Shown here one piece after another: positions 1-8,529 of a stretch of 32,000 bases of DNA. Source of the DNA: Methanococcus maripaludis. Its GTDB lineage: Archaea; AGJL01; Methanococci; Methanococcales; Methanococcaceae. Under the pieces are notes generated by a model that had not been told where the DNA came from, did no database searches, and saw only the letters and a list, made by a program, of their open reading frames with translations. The position numbers and the translations under genes are program-made. Location: positions 1,590,001 through 1,622,000 of the forward strand of contig NZ_CP026606.1 in the NCBI RefSeq assembly GCF_002945325.1. Reading direction: 5' to 3'. How positions within the stretch are numbered: position 1 is the first letter of the stretch; every line of letters starts with the position of its first letter.

Positions 1-13
1 TAACATGAAATAA

Positions 14-325
14 TTATTTTTTAAAATTTTCATGTTTATTTTCAAGTTCCGAAAGTAAAAATTTAACCCTGTTTTCCAGTTTTTCATAACTTTTTGAGAT
101 ATCCCTATATTTTTCATAGAGTTCATTTAATTTGTGATGTAAGTATTCAAGTTCTACGTTTTTTTGACTTATTTCATTTTTTAACTGGCTATTTACGTAA
201 ATTTCATGCCTGTATTTTGCTTCAAGTGCAATATATGACTTTTTAGATTCAATATATATTTTTTTAATATCTTCATATTTATCTCTTGAAACGGTTTCCT
301 GCTTTTTCTTTCGGATGTTAAACAT
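14..325 (-). CDS. Hypothetical coiled-coil protein, 103 aa
   Basis: Complete ORF 13 bp downstream of sucC on the same strand; heptad-like, Lys/Glu/Leu-rich sequence (e.g. KNEISQKNVELEYLHHKLNELYEKYRDISKSYEKLENRVKFLLSELENK). Confidence 0.7.
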   Translation of the reverse strand: MFNIRKKKQETVSRDKYEDIKKIYIESKKSYIALEAKYRHEIYVNSQLKNEISQKNVELEYLHHKLNELYEKYRDISKSYEKLENRVKFLLSELENKHENFKK

Positions 326-337
326 TGAAAATCACGT

Positions 338-1426
338 TTAACTATTTATTAATCCAGTAAGTGCTTTTGCAGCCCCTTCCATCGAGCTTTCGAAGCTTAT
401 TCCGTTTTCAGATAATATTTTTCTTCCTTCTTCTTCATTTGTTCCCATCATCCTAACAGCAAACTTAAGATTTGGATTTTCTTTTAAAACATCTACAATT
501 CCCATCGAAACTTCATCACACCTTGTAATTCCGCCAAGAATGTTTATGAATGCCCCTTTAACGTTTTTCCGGGATGTTGCTTTTAAAAGTGCTTTTTTTA
601 CAGTTTCCCTATTTGAACCACCGCCAACATCTAAGAAACATGCAGGGTTTCCGCCAAATTCTTTTACAATGTCCATGCTTGCAAGGGTGAGTCCTGCACC
701 GTTTCCAATAACTGCAATGTCTCCATCAAGTTCAACATATGCAAATTCGGATTTTTCCTGTTTATTAAATTCTTCAAATTTCTCGTAGTTATGTCTAAAG
801 TATGCATCGTCGTCAATATTCAAAACCGCATCAGCAGCAATGATTTTTCCATCTTCAGTAAATACAAGCGGGTTTATTTCGGCTAAAATTCCATCCATGT
901 CTTTGAATGCTTTATAAACTTTGCATAATACATCTGCTACTTTTGGAATTTCCTGGCTTGGAATGCCTGCTTTTTTAAGCATACCTCTTGCAAGGTATGG
1001 TAAAAATTCTTTTTCAGGGTTTAATGATAATTTTATTATTTTTTCGGGAGTTTTCGAAGATACTTCTTCGATATCTACTCCGCCTTCTGTTGAAAATATA
1101 ACAACATTGTTTTTTTCGTTTCTATTAACAACAACGCCAACATAATACTCTTTTGCAATTTTTATCTGCTCTTCAAGGAGTACTTTTTCAACAAGTTCTC
1201 CTTTTACCGTGTTTCCAATTAATGATTCAATTTTTTCGTTTGCATCATCGACATTATCTGCAAATAAGATTCCGCCAGCTTTACCTCTTCCACCAACTAA
1301 AACTTGCGCTTTTATGACAACAGGATAGTCGATGCTTTCAACTTTTCCACATACAAGTTTATTTTTTGGAATAGGGATATTATTTTCTTTAAAAATTTCC
1401 TTTGCTTCGTATTCGTGTAATTTCAT
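338..1426 (-). CDS. sucC: Succinyl-CoA synthetase (ADP-forming) beta subunit; start chosen at MKLHEYEAKEIF
   Basis: Typical N-terminus MKLHEYEAKEIFKENNIPIP, ATP-grasp motif VKAQVLVGGRGKAGG, GNGAGLTLASMDIV, FLDVGGG, and FKGAFINILGGITRCDEVS-type C-terminal motif. The ORF track start (1438) is 12 bp upstream. Confidence 0.95.
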   Translation of the reverse strand: MKLHEYEAKEIFKENNIPIPKNKLVCGKVESIDYPVVIKAQVLVGGRGKAGGILFADNVDDANEKIESLIGNTVKGELVEKVLLEEQIKIAKEYYVGVVVNRNEKNNVVIFSTEGGVDIEEVSSKTPEKIIKLSLNPEKEFLPYLARGMLKKAGIPSQEIPKVADVLCKVYKAFKDMDGILAEINPLVFTEDGKIIAADAVLNIDDDAYFRHNYEKFEEFNKQEKSEFAYVELDGDIAVIGNGAGLTLASMDIVKEFGGNPACFLDVGGGSNRETVKKALLKATSRKNVKGAFINILGGITRCDEVSMGIVDVLKENPNLKFAVRMMGTNEEEGRKILSENGISFESSMEGAAKALTGLINS

Positions 1427-1483
1427 AAAAATCACCAACAGTTCTCATGATAATAGTTACTGAAAATATAAAAAAACTAGGGT

Positions 1484-1930
1484 TTATTTTGAGATTATAA
1501 TTGAATTAATGAATTTTTCGCAGTATTCGCACCTGATTTTTAACGTGTTTTTCTGTTCGATTGAGAATCTGCTTTCGATATTTTCTTTATTCGTGATGCA
1601 GTTTGGATTGGTGCATTTGATTATTCCGTCAATTCTTTTTGGAATGTCTACTTTAAATTTTTTTATGACTTTTCCTTCTTTTATGATGTTTATCGTTGCA
1701 TCTGGTGAAATTAACGCAATTTTGTTTACATCGTCTTTTGAGAGTTCAAGCCCTTCAATTTTTAAAATATCTTTTGTAACGCCTTTTTTTGACGGCACGT
1801 TTAGTGCAAGTGTTATTGGGAGTTTTTCTTCGATATTTAGTATTTTATAGACTTTCAGTGCTTTTGATCCACTGATATGGTCGATAACAGTTCCGTTTTC
1901 AATGGGTTTTACTTTGAGTTCCCGTTTCAT
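1484..1930 (-). CDS. pyrI: Aspartate carbamoyltransferase regulatory subunit
   Basis: 148 aa; N-terminal KVKPIENGTVIDHI, C-terminal zinc-binding Cys4 pattern CTNPNC...CEYC. Confidence 0.95.
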   Translation of the reverse strand: MKRELKVKPIENGTVIDHISGSKALKVYKILNIEEKLPITLALNVPSKKGVTKDILKIEGLELSKDDVNKIALISPDATINIIKEGKVIKKFKVDIPKRIDGIIKCTNPNCITNKENIESRFSIEQKNTLKIRCEYCEKFINSIIISK

Positions 1931-1980
1931 GACTTCACCAGATTTTTTTATGTAATCTATTAAAAAACTGTTTTAAATCA

Positions 1981-2625
1981 TTACTGTTTTTCAATATATT
2001 TTATAATTTCTTCGAGCATTTCAAAGGCATCGTTTCTTTTTATATCTGGCTGATTTTTTAAAAATTTTTCCAAAACTTCCCGTTTTTCTCCAGAAATTCC
2101 TGATTTTTCAATAACATTTTCAAATGTTCTAAGTGGGTAATATAATTCTTTTCCCGAAGTAATCAATCGTTTTAAATCATTTTCATCGATTATTTTTTCA
2201 TTCAATGCATTATTGATCATTTCTCTAAAGCTGATCATCGAAAATGTGATCTGATTTAAATTATCATCAAATGTAACTGCAACTTCGTCATCATCTGTGA
2301 TTATTCCGTTTTTATATAAATTATAAACCGAGCCAACTCCAATCATGCCGCATGTATCAAGTTCTGAAGCTCTTAATGCGCCCATTGAACCTGCACCAAA
2401 TACTGTAATATTATTTTCAATAACCTTTAAAATTTCCCGATGAGCAACAGCAGTACTTTGCAGGAAGCAACCATCGATTATTCCGATTATATCATAATCA
2501 AAGATTTTTTCAGACGTTAAATCCCCACGTTTTATTGGCGGAAATATATCGACATCAAAATTTTCCAGTTTTTTTCTTATTTCGTCTTCTTTAATAGTTA
2601 GTTTGGAAAAAATAGCTATTTTCAT
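1981..2625 (-). CDS. tfuA: TfuA-like core domain protein (candidate partner of a YcaO enzyme)
   Basis: Family-typical segments PPIKRGDLTSEKIFDYDIIGIIDGCFLQSTAVAHREIL and VFGAGSMGALRASELDTCGMIGVGSVYNLYKNGIITDDDEVAV. Start set at MKIAIFSK; the ORF track start is 2640. Confidence 0.85.
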   Translation of the reverse strand: MKIAIFSKLTIKEDEIRKKLENFDVDIFPPIKRGDLTSEKIFDYDIIGIIDGCFLQSTAVAHREILKVIENNITVFGAGSMGALRASELDTCGMIGVGSVYNLYKNGIITDDDEVAVTFDDNLNQITFSMISFREMINNALNEKIIDENDLKRLITSGKELYYPLRTFENVIEKSGISGEKREVLEKFLKNQPDIKRNDAFEMLEEIIKYIEKQ

Positions 2626-3197
2626 TCGATAGACCCCCAAAGTGACTCAAAATATTCTTTTTCAATTTTAAGAACGTCTTCATTAGATACTGCAATTGCT
2701 GATTCTTTATTTTCAAAAAGGGCTTTATCAGTCCAGTTATGGCTTCCAACAATAACTGTATCATCAACTATCATTAATTTATTATGTGTTTTTTTAGAAT
2801 CATGGAATTTTACCAGAATATGCTGGCTTGAAAGTTTGCTCTGGGCTAAAATATTTGATCCGACTTCTTCTTCAAGAATTACACGAACCATTACCCCTCG
2901 TTTTCTTGCGTTTGTGAGTTCATCAATTAATTCGGAAATCTTTGGATTTAAGTATATCGAAAACATGATAATGTTAATTTCTTTTTTAGCATATTTGATT
3001 TTGTTTAAAACATAATAATAGTATTTTTCGTCATTTAATACTTCAATCCGGTCTTCTGGGCAGGTTAAACTCCTTGAATATTCAAAGTTACTTTTTACAA
3101 TTTTTAACAATTTTACAATTGTGAAAAATAAGATTGCGAGGATTATCGTGTTTATAATTGTCAAATATCCACATATATTGATTAAATCAAACTCCAT
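2622..3197 (-). CDS. Phospholipase D-like (single HKD motif) protein with N-terminal transmembrane segment
   Basis: HKD signature HNKLMIVDDTVIVGSHNWTD; N-terminal hydrophobic stretch ICGYLTIINTIILAILFFTIVKLL. Start chosen at MEFDLINICG (ATG at 3195-3197). Overlaps tfuA start by 4 bp (ATGA). Confidence 0.82.
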   Translation of the reverse strand: MEFDLINICGYLTIINTIILAILFFTIVKLLKIVKSNFEYSRSLTCPEDRIEVLNDEKYYYYVLNKIKYAKKEINIIMFSIYLNPKISELIDELTNARKRGVMVRVILEEEVGSNILAQSKLSSQHILVKFHDSKKTHNKLMIVDDTVIVGSHNWTDKALFENKESAIAVSNEDVLKIEKEYFESLWGSIE

Positions 3198-3353
3198 TTT
3201 AATCCTCTTAATGCTTTCTTTAAATCCCGTTTTTGGAAAAAATACAAAACTTATTTTAAAAAACAATATATTTTTAAACTTGATACTATTAAATAATTTT
3301 GAATCATGATTTATTTAATCACATGACTGATTTTGAATGACTTGGTGGTTAGT

Positions 3354-4541
3354 ATGAGTACTTTAGAAAAAGAACAGATTATTTCAGATGAAAAAAAATA
3401 TGTTATAAACACATACGGCCGAGTTCCAGTAGTTCTTGTAAAAGGAAATGGAATGAGCGTGTTTGATACTGATGGAAAAGAATATCTTGATTTTCTTGCA
3501 GGAATTGGGGTAAATAACGTTGGGCACTGCCACCCTAAAGTTGTTGAAGCTATTAAAAATCAGGCAGAAACTCTAATTCACGTTTCAAACATATACTACA
3601 ATGTTCCACAAATCGAGTTAGCAAAAAAACTCGTGAAGTTAAGCGGACTTGATAAAGCATTTTTCTGTAACAGCGGTGCAGAAGCAAATGAGGCTGCAAT
3701 AAAGCTTGCAAGAAAATATGCTAAAGCAAACGGTAAGGAAGGAGAAATTATTACAATGGAACATGCTTTCCACGGAAGAACCCTTACTACAATTACTGCA
3801 ACTCCTAAAGCAAAATATCAGGAAGGATTTGAACCACTGCCAACAGGTTTTAAATACATTCCATTTAACGATATCGAAGCATTAAAAGCGGGAATTTCCG
3901 AAAAAACTTCTGCAATAATGATTGAACCTGTTCAGGGGGAGGGTGGAATTCACCCTGCAGATAAAGAATATCTAAAAGCAGTTCGAAAACTATGTGATGA
4001 AAACAATATCGTTTTAATTTTTGATGAAGTTCAGTGTGGAATGGGAAGAACTGGAACTGTATTTGCATACGAACAATACGGAGTAATTCCTGATATTGTA
4101 ACACTTGCAAAAGGTCTTGGTGGCGGATTTCCAATAGGTGCAATGGTCGCAAAAAGCGAAATTGCAAGCGCATTTACTCCCGGAAGTCACGGAACTACCT
4201 TTGGTGGAAATCCTTTAGCATGTGCTTCATCAGCAGCTGCACTCGATGTAATTTCAGAACTTTTAGATAATGCTGTTGAAATGGGTGAATACTTCAAAAA
4301 CAGCTTAAAAACACTGGAAGAAAAATATGAATTCGTAAAAGAAGTAAGGTCCTTAGGATTAATGGTTGGAGTTGAATTAACGTTCAACGGGTCAGACATA
4401 GTTTCAAAAATGTTTGAAAAAGGATTTTTAATAAACTGTACTTCTGATACCGTTTTAAGGTTTTTACCTCCGCTAATAGTTGAAAAGGAGCACATAGATG
4501 CAATGATTTCGGCTCTTGACGAAGTATTTTCCGAAATTTAA
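3354..4541 (+). CDS. argD: Acetylornithine aminotransferase (class III PLP aminotransferase)
   Basis: FCNSGAEANEAAIKLARK, EHAFHGRTLTTI, LIFDEVQCGMGRTGT, TLAKGLGGGFPIGA, GSHGTTFGGNPLACA. Start at ATG 3354 preceded by GGTGG; the ORF track start (3333) is in frame upstream. Confidence 0.95.
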   Translation: MSTLEKEQIISDEKKYVINTYGRVPVVLVKGNGMSVFDTDGKEYLDFLAGIGVNNVGHCHPKVVEAIKNQAETLIHVSNIYYNVPQIELAKKLVKLSGLDKAFFCNSGAEANEAAIKLARKYAKANGKEGEIITMEHAFHGRTLTTITATPKAKYQEGFEPLPTGFKYIPFNDIEALKAGISEKTSAIMIEPVQGEGGIHPADKEYLKAVRKLCDENNIVLIFDEVQCGMGRTGTVFAYEQYGVIPDIVTLAKGLGGGFPIGAMVAKSEIASAFTPGSHGTTFGGNPLACASSAAALDVISELLDNAVEMGEYFKNSLKTLEEKYEFVKEVRSLGLMVGVELTFNGSDIVSKMFEKGFLINCTSDTVLRFLPPLIVEKEHIDAMISALDEVFSEI

Positions 4542-4560
4542 CTTTTTCTTTTTTTAATTC
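4542..4560 (+). terminator. T-rich tract just after argD, likely archaeal U-tract terminator
   Basis: Run of T residues immediately after the argD stop codon. Confidence 0.4.
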
Positions 4561-4641
4561 TGTTGTAATGTCTAGTACTAAACGACATTAAGGCAGATTT
4601 GATCAAAAATGTTTTTTCAATGTTAGTTGGCCTTACAAAAA

Positions 4642-4649
4642 CTTTATAT
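4642..4649 (+). promoter_or_regulatory. TATA box for the winged-HTH gene
   Basis: CTTTATAT; expected TSS about 26 bp downstream, near 4672, leaving an approximately 85-nt leader to the GTG at 4758. Confidence 0.5.
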
Positions 4650-4700
4650 TGCACGTTTATGAAATATATAATTAGGTCTTTTGAAGTGGGGGAGCTTTAA

Positions 4701-4742
4701 ATGGCTATTTTATATTGGGTTAAATTTTCAATATACAGTTGA
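4701..4742 (+). other. Candidate upstream mini-ORF (13 aa, MAILYWVKFSIYS*)
   Basis: ATG preceded by AGTGGGGGAG with 6-nt spacing; TGA at 4740-4742; same frame as the downstream regulator GTG at 4758. Confidence 0.4.
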
Positions 4743-4757
4743 GAGTGGGGCGATATA

Positions 4758-5165
4758 GTGAATAGCATAGAAAATGTAGACCAAAAATTAATCGAAAACC
4801 TTGCAAATTTAATGTCAAGCGAAGTTCGAGCAAAAATCTACATATATTTAAGGAAGTACAATAAAAGTACAGTTGATGAAATTGCAGGTGGAACTGGAAT
4901 ATATCCGTCAACAGTTCGTGAATCGATACTCGATATGTATAATACAGGATATGTTTCACGAGAAAAAATGGATAAAGAAGGTCTTGGTAAAAAGCCGTAC
5001 CTTTATACTGCAGCAGCGCCTTCATACATCGTTAAAAAAATTTCAAAAAATATTCAGGAAAAATTAAATGATTTGATAATGGTTGATAAAAGGCTTGAAT
5101 CAAAAGAACTTAAAATACCGTTCGTTCCTGTACGAATTGTAGTTGATGAAAAATATAATGATTAA
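4758..5165 (+). CDS. Winged-helix-turn-helix transcriptional regulator (ArsR/TrmB-like)
   Basis: 135 aa; LMSSEVRAKIYIYLRKYNKSTVDEIAGGTGIYPSTVRESILDMYNTGYVSREKM matches a wHTH pattern. GTG start. Convergent with phoU, 4-bp ORF overlap. Confidence 0.75.
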   Translation: MNSIENVDQKLIENLANLMSSEVRAKIYIYLRKYNKSTVDEIAGGTGIYPSTVRESILDMYNTGYVSREKMDKEGLGKKPYLYTAAAPSYIVKKISKNIQEKLNDLIMVDKRLESKELKIPFVPVRIVVDEKYND

Positions 5166-5863
5166 TTTTCCAACTTTTTTGTAGTTTTATTCAATAATTT
5201 ATCAAATTCTTCTTCTTTTAAGCGTTCTCCGGTAATCATAAATGCAACTCTATCACCAATACTTCCACACAAATTTCCAACCCGTTCAAGGTATGTTCCA
5301 ACAACCAAGAAATCGGTAGCTTCACTAATTATTTTTGGATTCTCAATCATTTTAAGTGTCATATCCCTGCAAAGTACTTTGTATAGTTCGTCAATTTTAC
5401 TATCTTCACGGTATGTTTTTTTTGCAAGTTCCAAATCCCGATTTCCAAATGACAAAATTGAATTTTTTAGCATGTTTTCAAGAATTTCATCCATAATTGT
5501 TAAAATACTCCCGTTTTTTGATCTGAGAATGTTCTGTTCTGAATTAATGGTTATTTTTGCAATTCTTGAAGCCATATCTCCAACTTTTTCAAGTTTTGAT
5601 ATAATTTTAATCATCGTAATAATTTCCCTTAAATCGCTTGCAACAGGCTGCTGTCTGGCCATAAATGAAATGCACTTTTCTTCAATTTCCATTTCCATTA
5701 AATCGATTTCATCGTCCCAGTCCCTAACAACTTTTGCAAGTTCGATATCATTAGTTATAAATGCGGTTATGGAATTTTTTAGTGATTTTACACACATTTC
5801 AGACATTTTATTAATCATATCTTCAATTTCTTTCATTTGATCGGAAAATGCATTTCTAACCAT
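5162..5863 (-). CDS. phoU: PhoU-like phosphate transport regulator
   Basis: Two PhoU repeats (e.g. LAKVVRDWDDEIDLMEMEIEEKCISFMARQQPVASDLREIITMIKIISKLEKVGDMASRIA; YLERVGNLCGSIGDRVAFMITGE); directly downstream of pstB. Confidence 0.93.
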   Translation of the reverse strand: MVRNAFSDQMKEIEDMINKMSEMCVKSLKNSITAFITNDIELAKVVRDWDDEIDLMEMEIEEKCISFMARQQPVASDLREIITMIKIISKLEKVGDMASRIAKITINSEQNILRSKNGSILTIMDEILENMLKNSILSFGNRDLELAKKTYREDSKIDELYKVLCRDMTLKMIENPKIISEATDFLVVGTYLERVGNLCGSIGDRVAFMITGERLKEEEFDKLLNKTTKKLEN

Positions 5864-5919
5864 TTTTACCACCAAATATCTTCAATTTTCTAATTTTTTC
5901 AATTTTAATTTTTAATCTA

Positions 5920-6675
5920 TTATCCGAATCTTCCGCTAATGTAGTCTTCAGTTTTTTTATTTTCGGGTTCAACAAATAATTTATCAGTTTTATTAAATTC
6001 TACCAAATCTCCAAGCATGAAAAATCCAGTGTAGTCTGAAACACGGCTTGCCTGCTGCATATTGTGAGTTACAATTACTATTGAATATTCTTTTTTTAAT
6101 TCAACCATTAAATCTTCAATTTTAAGCGTTGAAATTGGGTCCAGTGCTGAACACGGCTCATCCATTAGTATTACATCAGGTTTTACCGCAATGGTTCTTG
6201 CAATGCATAATCTCTGTTGTTGGCCTCCTGAAAGTTTTATTGCAGATTTTTTCAGGTCGTCTTTTACATCATCCCACAGTGCAGATTTTTTCAGTGCCCA
6301 TTCAACGATTTCATCGAGCTGTTTTTTTTCTTTAATCCCGTGGATTCTTGGGCCGTATGCAATATTGTCATAAATACTCATTGGAAATGGGTTTGGTTTT
6401 TGAAATACCATTCCAACTCTTTTTCTAAGCTCAACAACGTCAATATCTTTGTCGTAAATATTTTTTTCATCGAGAGTTATTGTTCCAGTAACTTTAACTC
6501 CCGAAATTAGATCATTCATCCTGTTGAGGCATCTTAAGAATGTAGATTTTCCACAGCCACTTGGACCGATCAGTGCTGTGATTTTATTTTCATAAATTGG
6601 CAGATTTATATCATTTAACGCCTTTTTTTCGCCATACCAAAAATTCACATCTTTTGAGTTCATTTTGATTTTCAT
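5920..6675 (-). CDS. pstB: Phosphate ABC transporter ATP-binding protein
   Basis: Walker [10 protein letters not shown], signature [50 protein letters not shown]. Confidence 0.97.
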   Translation of the reverse strand: MKIKMNSKDVNFWYGEKKALNDINLPIYENKITALIGPSGCGKSTFLRCLNRMNDLISGVKVTGTITLDEKNIYDKDIDVVELRKRVGMVFQKPNPFPMSIYDNIAYGPRIHGIKEKKQLDEIVEWALKKSALWDDVKDDLKKSAIKLSGGQQQRLCIARTIAVKPDVILMDEPCSALDPISTLKIEDLMVELKKEYSIVIVTHNMQQASRVSDYTGFFMLGDLVEFNKTDKLFVEPENKKTEDYISGRFG

Positions 6676-6694
6676 AAGTTACACCAAATTTTAA

Positions 6695-7561
6695 TTAGCT
6701 CTGCATGAGTTTGAATCTATTTTTAACGACATTTGCAATTGTAAATAATACAAACATGATTGCAATCAGGACAAGTGCAATTCCATAAGCCATTTTAAGT
6801 TCTTCTGCATTAGAATATTCGGTTGAAAGCACATATAAACTAAATGATAGTGTTTCAACCCTATTAAATAATCCAATTCCAAATGAAAATGCAGTAGCAG
6901 CGGTAAACATGATTGCAGCAGTTTCTTCTGCACTTCTTCCCATTGCAAGGATAATTCCCGTAATCATCTGGGGGAGAGCTGAAGGAATTACTACTTTTTT
7001 AATCGTCTGCCATTTTGTAGCACCGAGTGCAAGACTTCCTTCTCTAAGTCCGGGTGCAACTGATTTTAAACCTTCTTCTGTTGCCCGCATTATAATTGGA
7101 AGAACCATGAACGATAACGTAAGTCCTCCGATTAATAGTGATGGGCCAACTGTCTTTATTGCAAGAGCATACCCGAAAATTCCAAATACAATTGAAGGAA
7201 GCCCTGCAAGGCTGTCTGATGAAAATCTAACTGCCTGTGTTAATTTATTGTCCGAAGCATATTCATGAAGATATATTGCACCCAAAACTCCGAAAGGAAT
7301 AGCTAATAGAATTGAAAGGACAACTAGTGCAATAGTTCCAATTATTGAATTCCAGATTCCATCAAATGATCTTTCAACTCCCAAAATCACGTTTATGGGG
7401 TTTGCATCACCAAAGAAAAATTCCATGTTTATTGCGCCGATTCCGTTAATGAAGACGTAACCAACAATTGTGAACAGGATACCAACTACAATAAATGCAA
7501 ACAGGTAAAAAATACCAAATACGATGTTTTCTTCAATTTTGGCTTTTTTGGAGTTATTCAA
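6695..7561 (-). CDS. pstA: Phosphate ABC transporter permease PstA
   Basis: Permease motif EGLKSVAPGLREGSLALGATKWQTIKKVVIPSALPQMITGIILAMGRSAEETA. Confidence 0.95.
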   Translation of the reverse strand: MNNSKKAKIEENIVFGIFYLFAFIVVGILFTIVGYVFINGIGAINMEFFFGDANPINVILGVERSFDGIWNSIIGTIALVVLSILLAIPFGVLGAIYLHEYASDNKLTQAVRFSSDSLAGLPSIVFGIFGYALAIKTVGPSLLIGGLTLSFMVLPIIMRATEEGLKSVAPGLREGSLALGATKWQTIKKVVIPSALPQMITGIILAMGRSAEETAAIMFTAATAFSFGIGLFNRVETLSFSLYVLSTEYSNAEELKMAYGIALVLIAIMFVLFTIANVVKNRFKLMQS

Positions 7562-7573
7562 ATTTCCACCTTG

Positions 7574-8449
7574 TTAGTCCCATTTTATTTTGTATTTTTT
7601 ATTGATATAATGTGATATTAAATTGAGTGAAAGAACCATTACAAAGAGTACGAGCCCTGTTGCAAACATTGCATAATAAATCGGGCTTCCTGAAGCTGCT
7701 TCTTTTATATTTAATATAATATGTGATGTTAATGGCCTTACTGGATCGAAAATCGATTTTGGAATGAGCGGCCAGTTTCCAGCAACCATTAAAACTGCCA
7801 TCGTTTCTCCAATGGCTCTACCCATCCCCAAAATAACTCCTGAGAGTATCCCGCTGAGGGACGCTGGAAGAACTACCTTTTTTATAGTCTGCCACCGTGT
7901 AGCGCCCATTGCAAGACTACCCTCTTTTAATTGTTGTGGAACTGAATTTATTGCATCTTCGGAAAGTACTGTAATTGTTGGAACTATCATTATTCCAAGG
8001 ATTATTGATGCAGCAAGCCAGCTGTATCCCGGATTTGTATTAAAAACATCTCTAATTAGTGGAACAAGTAAGACCATACCAACAAAACCATAAACTACTG
8101 AGGGAATTGCAGTTAAAATTTCAATTGAAGGTCTTAATATATTCTGAACTTTTTTTGGTGCAAGTTCTGCTAAAAATATGGCGCATCCAACTCCTAACGG
8201 GACTGAAAATACAAGTGCAAGTATTGTTACTAAAAATGAGCCGACAATCATTGGAAATATTCCGTAAGCGTCATAATTTGGTGACCAGTCAAGTCCCAAT
8301 ACGAAATCAAACGGACTTACAGCTGAAAATACTGGAAGACTACTAATTATTAAAAACAAAACCATTGCAAATATAATTACGCTTGATAAGAGTGCACTCA
8401 GTTTTAATATATTTTCAAGGACTGATTCGCCAATATTTTTTTTATGCAT
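7574..8449 (-). CDS. pstC: Phosphate ABC transporter permease PstC
   Basis: SAVSPFDFVLGLDWSPN, EILTAIPSVVYGFVGMVLLVP, QLKEGSLAMGATRWQTIKKVVLPASLSGILSGVILGMGRAIGETMAV. Confidence 0.95.
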   Translation of the reverse strand: MHKKNIGESVLENILKLSALLSSVIIFAMVLFLIISSLPVFSAVSPFDFVLGLDWSPNYDAYGIFPMIVGSFLVTILALVFSVPLGVGCAIFLAELAPKKVQNILRPSIEILTAIPSVVYGFVGMVLLVPLIRDVFNTNPGYSWLAASIILGIMIVPTITVLSEDAINSVPQQLKEGSLAMGATRWQTIKKVVLPASLSGILSGVILGMGRAIGETMAVLMVAGNWPLIPKSIFDPVRPLTSHIILNIKEAASGSPIYYAMFATGLVLFVMVLSLNLISHYINKKYKIKWD

Positions 8450-8529
8450 CCTGTTTCACCATAACTGTAAATTGAAAAGATTAATAAAAATTTTTTAAAA
8501 AAATAATTGGAAATTAAATAATTAAAATA

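Noticed and set aside
540-1145. Plus-strand ORFs 540..788 and 921..1145 opposite sucC
   Set aside because: Shadow ORFs antisense to a well-conserved gene; no recognisable motifs and no plausible ribosome-binding site identified.
3264-3275. CAATATATTTTT between the PLD-like gene and argD as a second symmetric divergent promoter
   Set aside because: A single palindromic AT stretch could serve as TATA in either direction, but such strings are common in AT-rich gaps and neither TSS can be assigned with confidence.
3865-4495. Minus-strand ORFs 3865..4173 and 4187..4495 opposite argD
   Set aside because: Antisense shadows of a clear aminotransferase; low-complexity FQ-rich translations typical of complement reading.
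4740-4742. TGA between the mini-ORF and the regulator as a selenocysteine codon
   Set aside because: Methanococcus does make selenoproteins, but the extension has no redox motif and I see no SECIS-like element; a stop codon is the plain reading.
1981-5165. tfuA, PLD-like and wHTH genes as a RiPP cluster or defence island
   Set aside because: No ycaO, precursor peptide, helicase/NTPase or toxin-like partner, and they are interleaved with argD and pyrI; not enough to claim a system.
5379-8346. Plus-strand ORFs over phoU/pstB/pstA/pstC and minor minus-strand ORFs
   Set aside because: All lie inside highly conserved pst genes in alternative frames with low-complexity translations.
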